This document shows, piece after piece, positions 53,478 through 64,000 of a stretch of DNA of 64,000 nucleotides (positions are counted from its first letter, which is position 1; each line of letters starts with the position of its first letter). Source of the DNA: Eledone cirrhosa. Its lineage: Eukaryota. The notes below the pieces were generated by a model. It saw only the letters and a program-made list of their open reading frames with translations, was not told the origin of the DNA and made no database searches. Position numbers and translations under genes: made by a program. The stretch spans positions 124,496,001-124,560,000 of the forward strand of contig OZ024741.1 of NCBI GenBank assembly GCA_964016885.1, given 5' to 3'.

Positions 53478-54240
53478 ATTAGAAATAATATTTATCACTT
53501 TCTATTTTTCAAGTCAGTTTGAAGACGTAGTATAGCTTGTGCAAATTTATTCATCCATTTATTCCACAACTTCTAACTATTGAGCTTGTCGTCATATATT
53601 TCCAAAAAGGAAATATAGCACTTACAGAAAACGGAACGTTTTAAATAAATATTATCTTAGAAACATTACATTTTATGGTCCGTATTTCATCTCAGAAATT
53701 TCAACCGATGTATTTAGAAAATGAAACTATCTTAAGGAAGTGGGTGTTGTTGTTTCTCATTGAAAAGTCCTTTGTTTCATGAACCTTTCATAAACGAATA
53801 TTGTTACTCGACCTTTTCAAGCTATCTACACTGGCATATCCAATAGAATAAATATGATGCACGTAAAAGCCTGGCTCTTTGTATACTGAGTGTGTTATAA
53901 ATATAAATATTTACATTTGGGTGATAGGTTTTAATAGACCTATTTTAGCTTAAATTGTGTTGTAGAAATAATTATCACGATATATTTATTTTAACATGCT
54001 GGTTTAAATTGGGCTTTAGACCTATATTGTGTGGTAGACATAATTTGAGTGGCAGATTAACACCTTCACTTTTCATATGCAATTATTTAATTCAGGTCGT
54101 CGGTTTTATGCTAAATTCCTTCTTCGAAACTCAGAGATCCTGTACATATTATTAGACACTGCCATTCATTTTCTGACTAAACAGCAAAACAAATTTGTAT
54201 CTGTACAAAATTGCGAGGAATATTTAAAGACACACATATA

Positions 54241-54339
54241 CAGATTGTCCCTAAACAATGTATACACACTTTGATTACATGTACAGACAATATTTATTAG
54301 AATGTTTTTGTTGTGTGTATACATTTTTGGGACACCCTG
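54241..54339. mobile_element. Tc1/mariner-type MITE (~99 bp)
   Basis: TA-flanked imperfect TIRs CAG..TGTCCC.AAA.AATGTATACACAC / GTGTGTATACATTTTTGGGACACCCTG. Confidence 0.7.
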
Positions 54340-55317
54340 TATATATGTAAACGTGTCTTTTACATATTGCAAAAGAGGAACATATTATCCTACGATTCAG
54401 GAATCTATTGGAATCGCCATCATCTTACAATCGACGAAGTCATACATGATTAATTTTTTGATAATTGGGGGCAAACGCAGCAGGTGTGTGCTAATATTTA
54501 ATATACGAAATAGTATTTATTTATATAAGGTGTGTTTTGGATGCAGCATGGTTGAATTTTTCAGATGTTACCAAATATTACATCTCAGGTTCAACCTAAC
54601 TGCGTGGAATCTTGTGCATGAGCAATTTACCATAGCTTCTGGTCAAAACAAGCCTTGTGTTTAAATATGGGTACATACAACTTGTTTGGAAGTCTGTCGA
54701 GTAGTATGTACCTGTAATTCAATGTGCCAGTGTGTCACACTGTGCCATGATCAATTTACCTGAGAAATTGATTATGTATACGCATGTCTGTCGAATCTTC
54801 AGTTATTTATACATTAATTTCATATGTAGGCTATCACGTTGATCGATCAATTGGCTCACCCTAAAAACCGAAGGATGTACATTCCAGTTGCCATGTGGTA
54901 TTAATATTCACATGTTTCTATACTGGCATGTTGATACAAGTGACATCATTGCATCAATGTAGCAGAATTCAGACACTAATTGTAGTTATTCAAACACGAG
55001 TTCCATAATAGGGAGATGTAGATATTATAATCAGCTATGATACTGTAACTTTTTACAATTTACACGCAAATATTTACATACAAGTACATACACTCACATG
55101 CATAATTATAATATATTTGCCATCTCGGTCATGTTCCCACAAATTTAAGTACACTTTCCAATTACACGGCTCTAAGTTCTAACCCTAAATTCGAACCTGT
55201 AAATAGATACTTCCCCTAAATTCTTTAATCCTGCAACTCATTTTTTCCGTGCACAATGAACCTTTATACAATTATACCATAGATTTATACTTTTAAAATG
55301 ACATTATTACTTTTTAA

Positions 55318-55506
55318 GGGCGGTAGATTGGCAGTATCGATAGAGGGTCGGACGCCATGCGTTGCAGCATAGAGTTACGCCCATTTACATTCTGATTTCA
55401 AATCCCGCCGGTGGTAACTTTGCCTTTCCTCCTTACGGGGTCGATAAAATAAAGTACCAGTAATGCACTGGGGTAATTGCTGGTCTTGTGTCAAAAGTAA
55501 AAACAA
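55318..55506 (+). mobile_element. SINE
   Basis: Family match; TSD ATTATTACTTTTTA. Confidence 0.85.
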
Positions 55507-55921
55507 TTATTACTTTTTATTACGCCCACGTGGCAGTAGTCATCATAAACTATTGTGATTCTATTATGAAAGCGATAAATGTATCAAAACCTACATTTTC
55601 CAGTTTGTATACAGGAATATACAACATTCTGGACGCTGAAAAATGATATACCTTCAACGGTATTATCATTATTGACGGTACGTGTCCACTAGTAGAAATA
55701 ATAGATATATATTATTCGACTTTCAACTATCTACTGCACAACATCTGGTGAGATAGGTGTGTTAGCCAGTAGAAGTGGTTTTGCGGATTAGCCATTTTGA
55801 TATTATGCTTTTCTACATATATGTGTTGACCACAAATTTATGCCCCCTTCCCCTCCACACACACCCACACACACCGACACATATATATATATATATATAT
55901 ATATAAGTTCTTGTGTGTGCT

Positions 55922-55991
<70 letters not shown>

Positions 55992-56435
55992 AGCGCACAT
56001 AGGAACTTTTCGTGTAGCAGTGATAATATAAGTTTACCTAATGCATAAATGAAACGATTCCTTTGATGTACATATATTTATAACTGCAGTCTCAATGTTA
56101 TTAAAACTCATTGAACATAAATATTAAAGCACATATTTGTTTCCGTATATTTCCACACAATATAAGCTATGCATGCATGAATGAATGACACCTAAGCATG
56201 AACATACGGATGATATTTTCTCCCCACCCAAATCCTCCTCTCTCTCATATTCCTTCAACTACAAAGGAACATACCTTTAGCTAAACTGGGATTTTGGATT
56301 CTTTATATAATCAACTTCAAAAGAATTATTTTTAATCTCTTCACAGCATACAATATGTTTCAAAGAACGAGAATCATTTGCAGAAAATAAGTCACATCGA
56401 TATTGTATTGTATTGTTATGCATTATGAAGGTGTG

Positions 56436-56531
<96 letters not shown>

Positions 56532-56547
56532 TATATATATATATATT

Positions 56548-56652
<105 letters not shown>

Positions 56653-56734
56653 ACTGTTCCAGTGTTTTTTTTTGTATATTTAGTTTTATTAAAGAGTGTT
56701 TCGATACAAAACAATTGAACGCTATGTATTATGT

Positions 56735-56802
<68 letters not shown>

Positions 56803-56811
56803 TTATATATG

Positions 56812-56866
<55 letters not shown>

Positions 56867-56931
56867 ATATATTTATGTATATATATATATATGTGTATAT
56901 ATTTATGTATATATATATATATTTATATGTA

Positions 56932-57008
<77 letters not shown>

Positions 57009-57279
57009 TTGTATATACATTGTCCATGTACAACGAATTCTAACGATTTCGGTAGATCTATTATATTAAAAACACAGTCTGGCCTGACTTGGTATTCTTC
57101 AATTGTTCTTCCCAAATATATGAACATATCTCTATTTTTAACATTGTTAAAACTGTTATGTGATGTTTGGTGAACTATATATAAGTTTACATTGTTATAC
57201 TGTTGTTTGGTGAAGACAAATATTTGTTTTATATTTGTATATATATATATTCATGGTTTTTAACCGGATGTTACCTCAA

Positions 57280-57465
57280 GGGAATGGCAGTATCAGTAGA
57301 GAGTCGGACGCCATGCTTTGCCACAAAGAGTTACGGCCCTTTATGGCTTGAGTTCAAATCCCGCCAAGGTTAACTTTGCCTTTCATCCTTACGGGGTCGA
57401 TAAAATAAAGTACCAGTAATGTACTGGGTAATTGCTGGCCTTGTGCCAAAAAGTAGAAACAATTA
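57280..57465 (+). mobile_element. SINE
   Basis: Family match with A and B boxes. Confidence 0.85.
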
Positions 57466-58244
57466 TTATAGTATACTAATATAGAATATTACCTCATATA
57501 AAAGTTTACACGACTAATTTTATTTGCTTTTTGGACATTATCCTCTATTCTATCTACTTAGTCGTTTTATTGAATACAGTAACTTCGGACTGAAAATAAA
57601 CATAAGATTTCAAGTTCGATTTTATTGCGTGGCCTGCTGGCAAGTGTTAACTACCATATCTGTATAAGAAAATCTAACTGGAAGGGATGACTGGCATACT
57701 CTGACTTCACAGCATTTGAACACAGAGAGATGGAACAAATACTGATGTTTTAACCATGGCTGTAAATAATGTGTGTATTCACCGCTTATTATAAAAGGCA
57801 CATCAAACATATGATATATGCTGATGCATATATTAGGAAGGTGTTATGGTGGATATTTTAATTGTTTCTAAATGTAAACTACACCATATATATTAAATTT
57901 CCTGGTCGTTTCTATACTGGTTTGTACGTCAGCCCTTCAGTAGTTGATATTAACAGTAGTCGTATCTCCTTAACTGTAACATGTTGTTTCGATGTATAAG
58001 TCTCGACGACAGCGGATGAAGTTGTTGATGCAATAATCGAGACTTTCAGCCAATATGTATCAATTCACGTTACGATACCATCTACAATACTTTTAATTGA
58101 TCTTACCAATCCAATTACATACCTCAGTTGCAATTCAGTGGCGCTTATGTGACGAATAGCTAAATTAATTTCGACTGTAAACGAATTAAATTAAGACAAT
58201 CTTTTACACGGGTATGTAAAAATAAAATACACTCACACGCTCCC

Positions 58245-58580
58245 AGGTTAGCTTTGTCTTTCATTCTGACTGGGTCAATAAAATAAAGCACCAATAATGC
58301 ACTGGTGTCGATTTATTTTACTCTTCCCTCCACCAAAATGGTTGGCCTTGTGCCTAAATCAGAAACCATCATTACGTAAAGGATAGGGTGATGGGTTGAT
58401 AGTATCGGTAGAGCGTCAGACAACATTCTTTGCAGTATATATTTACTGTCCTTTACCATCTGAATTCAAATCCCATAGTGATTAGCTTTGGATTCGATTC
58501 CAAAAAGTACCACCAACGCACTGGGATCGAGTTGATCGATTTCCCACTTCCTTCAAATTGATGAACTTGTCCTAAACCTA
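58245..58580 (+). mobile_element. Two older SINE copies
   Basis: Diverged family match. Confidence 0.65.
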
Positions 58581-60049
58581 GTAAATATCTTTAGAGAAAG
58601 AATACAATAATGATGTATATGAATCAATATACAAGACGCTTACTCATAATAAACATACATTTCTTCTCGCTATGGGTATTTTAACTGTTATCATGTCACA
58701 ACAACGTTAACCACATCGTTTTATTCTGAATGACGCAGTAATTTTGCTATCACTAATTAAATCATACAATAGTGTGCAGCCGGTAAGTAGGGATATAGAG
58801 AATGTTTATGAATATATATTATGTGTGGTATTTGGTAGAAATTTGAAATCAACAGAAATACCTCACCATTCACACACAAAAGACGTAACATGCAGTACTT
58901 CGACATTAACAGACAAAAGACATAGCATTCATCCAAAATTACGATGATTTTAATTCAAAATATTGACCACTAGCTCACAGATCTATTTATCAGCCAACGC
59001 AAGTAATACGCTTGCTAGTGCTCGTGTGCATGTGGGTTTGTGTGTCCGTGTGTCTGTGTATGTGTCTCAGTGTGTGTCTGTGTAGGTGTCTCTGTTTTTG
59101 TTGTGTGTGTCTGTGTATGTTTGTATGTGTGTCCGAGTCCAACCGTCCACCCGTCACCGCATGAAGGCAGTTATGCACGAGCTGAACAGTGTGAATTGTC
59201 GCAGCATGAAATATGAGTTTTTCGATTATTACATAACGACATAGGCCATATATCATAGGCTGCTACCCACGCGCACACACACACACACACACACACACAG
59301 ACAAGTGCTATTAAAACTATATTATTAGATATTATTATATTGACGTGCTGCAGCTCTCGCCTCGCACGACAGCAGCTGTCGACACCAGCAATGGTGATGA
59401 TGACCTATCATTAATAAAGATTAATGAGGATAAAAAATATTTTAAAATACTTTATTTTTTTTACGCCACAGAATTTCATAGAAACTGATGAGGTTTTGGT
59501 TTTCATAATAATGCAACAGAGGATCTGTTTGTGGGTCATAATGAGGCACCGGGTTTATATTTTATTTTTAGAAGATAATATCAACCGCTGAACTTTTTTA
59601 TTATTTTTTCTCGGGATGGTATTTCTTTTATCGATTTCTATTTATCGAAACAGTAGAATTAGGCTACAGTAGGAAAATAACTTCAATACATACACTCATA
59701 CGATGGGCTTCCACATAGTTTCCGTGTGAAAATTGCTCCTTACAAAACATTGGTCAATCCAAAGCTTCATTGAACGGAATGGACGTCGTCGGTTTTGACA
59801 TTGTAATGTTTTTATTTTGTTCGATCAATTGAACAGCTTTCTCATCATAATAGCGCATACCTGGCTGAGTATTCAACATACACGTGTACCTTTAACGTAA
59901 TTCCCAAAAGGATTCACCAGGAAAAGAGAAGTTGCTTAAACGAAATCTGCTTTGGAGCCAGTCACATAGACCAAGCTACTGCGTTGAACGAATAACAGGA
60001 ATTAAATCGCCGAACCCGATGGAGTTCCATTCCATTCATGATATCAATT

Positions 60050-60730
60050 AACCGAGATTTGGGTGAAAAGTAAAGGAAGGTATTTTCCTTAAATAGAAAA
60101 AGTATGTGATCATGTGGATGATACAAAATGCCCTATTAAGGATGGAACAAATACATTTTTCCCTGGCCAAAATACAAGTATGTAAAGAGGGGCACTTGGT
60201 ATTTTGGGCAAGTATATTTAGCATAGCCTTCAGTCGACACATGCCTTTTGAGTTAAATTGGGTAAGGGGAATACCGGAATCCTTGGGATGGATTGTGTCT
60301 GTAATTCAATACTCCAGTACACATAATTTAATACCTCCGAAATATCCCGAACATTAACTTGCAAGACAACATCACAAACGAAGGTGTGCTTCCAAGAGTC
60401 TAGTCATCAAGAGCTGACGAATGCAGCTAGCAGGGCTTGTTCTATGAATGAGAACCAATATACCAGCAAGACATGCAATGTCATGGGTGCCATCTGGTAG
60501 GAAACGACCAACGTGTAGACGAAAGTAAACTTCGAGAACCACCCCGAAAGATGACCTGTGCAGGAATTGCACAGACTGATTTCAAGGAGCAACCCTTGCC
60601 AGGGACACGGAAAGATGCAAATGTATAGTGGCTCGTTGCTGTGAGGATGGAGGAACCAGATGTCACTTCAATTCGCGTGTCAGATATCCAGTTTATCAAA
60701 CAACTGAATGCTCACCATCGTGAAGGACGG
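60050..60730 (-). mobile_element. Highly degenerate LINE RT remnant
   Basis: Higher GC than flanks; PGKGCSL resembles the (V)RQGCxLSP RT motif; heavily decayed. Confidence 0.35.
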
Positions 60731-61436
60731 ATGATCTATCATAAAAGTCTTTTTCCATTCGTGAGGCAGAGACGTGATAAGCTTGTTATTCCTTAATAAT
60801 AGATCTATTACCATTCACCATATGATTTGCATTAGTATTTAAAATGTCTATGATACATTCTGATTCGCATTTTCAATCTATTTCAACATTTGCATACGAA
60901 AATTTCGAAGTAGACATTTTACAATTAAGACGGCATAAACATTCCTAGTTTTATTTCTCTAATATATTCCAAAGGAATCTTTAATAACGTTACATAAATG
61001 TACATATCACTAATAAATGTTTTCCTTCTTGAGTATTATTTTCTCCATAAAATTATATATAATAACTTTAACAAAATTTACATATCAATCTTTTAGCACT
61101 TATTTGTAATTCAAACGTCCATTTTAAAATGCTAACAGAGTGTATTATAATTTACTTCTAAATGTTCTCTCTGCGTGAGCAGATTATAATGTCAGAAAGA
61201 ATTTGATGCATTTAAAATTATATTTGCCAACTCTGTTCAATTCATATTGCTATGGCTATTATAACAACCTTTGGTATATGGTCTATGCAATCTATAATTA
61301 TGCAAACTTATTTTCGATATAAATCATAAATTCGATTGAACAGAGCGGGATTAACGAAGGCTTGCCATTACATTAAATTTACCTCAAAATCTTAAAATAT
61401 ATTCTATATTCTATCAATATATATATATATATATAT

Positions 61437-61628
61437 AAGATTTAATATAGAAATGGCTTCTGCATGACTAAAACAGTTTATTCGAAGTAAATCATGAAGA
61501 AAGCCTTTCTGATGATTTCCTTCGAATGAAACAGTTTTATTACTGTAGAAGTCATTTCGATATTAAATCTTGTATATACTCTAGTATGTACTTTACTTAC
61601 TGCGGTTAGCCCCGATTGAACCCAGGAC
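61437..61628 (+). mobile_element. Diverged solo 3' end of PLE3 family with HHR (61503-61553) and inverted cap
   Basis: CTGATGA-TTTC(cttc)GAAT-GAAA-CAGT..ACTG-TA-GAAGTC; downstream TTACTTACTG.GGTTA..CCGATT.AACCC.GGA as at 48900-48940. Confidence 0.75.
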
Positions 61629-61695
61629 ACTCTCTCTCTATGTCGTTATCTCTCTCTCTCACACAGATACATACACACACACACACACACACACT

Positions 61696-61767
<72 letters not shown>

Positions 61768-62161
61768 AAAGTTTTATTTAAAATTGTTGGGTTACAACGA
61801 GTAAATATTTTATAACTGATATAAAAGCACTCAGCAGTTTCTGGAGTAGGTTTACGATATATATTCTTTTTATCTAAAGACATTTTTTCCAATTACACCC
61901 CACCTGCCGCTTCAATCTATCTTATTTCTCATTCTTTCTTCTGATGAAGAACTATCGTCCGATACGTCTTCCTGCTATTTCAAGCGTTAATCTAATATAT
62001 TCATTTCATATACAGTACCGATTGTGTTGTTATTTCTGTTTACCCTTTACATACATATTATATATATATATATATATATAAAGAAAAAGAGATGAAATCG
62101 AAAATGCAACTGGAGTCTTATTTTTTTTTTTTTTTTTTTAAATATATATATTTATTTGGTT

Positions 62162-62199
62162 CCTTTACCGGTTTCGCAGTTCTTCTGCTTTTCAAAAGG
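62162..62199 (-). ncRNA. Minimal type I hammerhead ribozyme, U3-A8 variant
   Basis: Minus: CCTT-TTGAAAA-GCAG(aagaa)CTGC-GAAA-CCGG-TA-AAGG then AATAAA. Confidence 0.78.
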
Positions 62200-62298
62200 T
62201 GAGTTGAGATGGAGGGTCTGTGGTTTTTCTCACATCTTTATACTTTCACTCGTGTAGGACACCTCGGTTATTTTTCATTTTGTAAAAAAAAACCTCAC

Positions 62299-62374
<76 letters not shown>

Positions 62375-62409
62375 CGATCGTCTCAACAGTCCCCTCTATC
62401 AAATATTCG

Positions 62410-62830
62410 TGTGATAGTGTTTGGATATACAATTCGGTATTCGTGCTAACCTTTACCTATGGTCATAAATTTGGGATAAATACCGAACGAATACGATCGC
62501 AAATACAAGCGGCCAAAATAGACCACCCCCGAAGGGTCTTTGGAGTAACGTTACTCGTTAGAATACATATCTCGGAGATTAGAGAGTCGCTCCAGAGGGA
62601 GACGCTATTTCTCCGAATCGTGATATATCTTCGATATTATGTGAATGTTATTATGCCTCAGGAAAAATTGCTAAGCTGATTTTACTTGCAAAGCCATCCG
62701 ACAGAGTATCCGGAGGTGATCCCCGTGTAAGATTGTTGGATAACATCGATTACTTTGGCTGGTCTCAAATTGACGATCCAGACGGAGCAATTGCAGAGGG
62801 TTGCTGCTGACAGAACCTGACAGTTTCTCT
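62410..62830 (+). mobile_element. Degenerate RTE (BovB-like) LINE 3' fragment
   Basis: IYNSVFVLTFTYGH..TERIRSQIQAA..RRVFGVTL..R..SEIRESL. Confidence 0.75.
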
Positions 62831-64000
62831 TGCGAAGCATGAGTCGAAGCGAATTTATGGTAAATAGCACTTGCTCAAGATTTCATGCAGTAGGATCTAA
62901 CCAGGGACAAAATCATGCGAAAAGAACTTCTTAACCTTTCTTAAGCTGAGCTGCGCCCACTCTCTTGGGGTAGCACTAATATAATCTCAGACGTAAAGCT
63001 TTCTGATTGAGGCACAGTGCCAACTATTTGCAGGGAGAGGAAAGTTGATTAAATCGACCCCATGATACTTTGTTTTGACCCCTTAGGGATGAAAGGCATA
63101 GAGTGGTGTTTACGTCGCGTGAAAGAAAGGGGACTTCACCGAAGTGAAAACTGATAAGTATAACAAGAATAATGATTTGTTTAATATTGCTAATAACAAT
63201 AGAACAACATAATGAATTTAAACTAGAAGCAGTTCCCCAATAGTGTGGGAAGAGCACTTTATGGTAATTCCAAGGATTCCACACAAACCCCAGATTACTA
63301 TGTCACCTCGCAGGCATTGAAACATAAACCCAGTAGGCCCATTCAAAGTCGTCAACCTCGATGCACCCATCTATCGTAAAATACACAAATAAGAAGCTCT
63401 TCCTATATCCTGGGTCTACCATACAGCTTCCTTTGAGATAGCTTCCAGGCAGAGCAAGACTTGCCATCTACCAGCATCGAAATTGTTCTATGTCAGAAAT
63501 AAAAATAAGTATTCACTTTTTACACACAAATCCGTCAATATTCGGATGAACTGAAATTTAATAAATATTATCGATCATATTATTCTGCGGAAATTCATTT
63601 AATACCATCTAAAAAATTTAACGACAAATCTAAATTCCATAAAACATTAAATATGACTTCCTCGGTGATATTGCCACGGCGGTATGTTTGATTTACTTAG
63701 AGTTATGCACAAGATGAATCACCTCAGAGAAGTACATCTTAAATGTGTCACTGTTACTCATTTTGTTTATTCACTGCAAAGGCAACTATCGAATATTTGT
63801 TTGCTAACATATTGATTGATTGCAGTAAAATATTGCGAATTTGCCATATAACATAAACTATTTAAAATCTATGTAGATAATAAATTCAAACGCAATAAGT
63901 TAACCAGGCTAAAATACATAGCAAACCGCAAGGATAATATTTCTAAAATTGAGTAAAGCTTTGTGAGGTTAATAGAAATATATTTAAGCATTTCATGTCA

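Noticed and set aside
61935-61975. CTGATGA followed by CGATAC
   Set aside because: GAAA mutated and stems unconvincing; possibly a dead HHR.

Overview
AT-rich, microsatellite-saturated eukaryotic (animal) DNA. The tRNA-derived SINE and (TA)n/(CA)n load suggest an octopod cephalopod (inference). No host protein-coding gene can be supported; nearly all IYIY/HTHT/CVCV ORFs are microsatellite artefacts. The window is a nest of retroelements: (i) four Penelope-like elements (PLEs; RT + GIY-YIG with CxCx5C linker, Naiad-like) in (TA)n; (ii) three R4/Dong-type RLE non-LTR elements, one with an intact 1130-aa ORF, stacked inside the (AAT)n poly-Asn linker of one PLE; (iii) about 19 complete or near-complete type I hammerhead ribozyme (HHR) motifs from about 12 sequence families, read by eye. 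These include three non-coding tandem retrozyme-like repeats (about 408, 595 and 655 nt units) and three families with a compensatory U3-A8 core; (iv) an ~8 kb imperfect palindrome made of two head-to-head PLE 3' halves; (v) mariner/Tc1 relics, MITEs, RTE and CR1/L2-group LINE fragments and SINEs. Most notable: an in-frame TGA exactly at the first Cys of the CxCx5C motif of the minus-strand PLE (selenocysteine candidate), the retrozyme-like repeats with variant ribozyme cores, and the microsatellite-guided nesting. All structures were derived by manual inspection, not computation.
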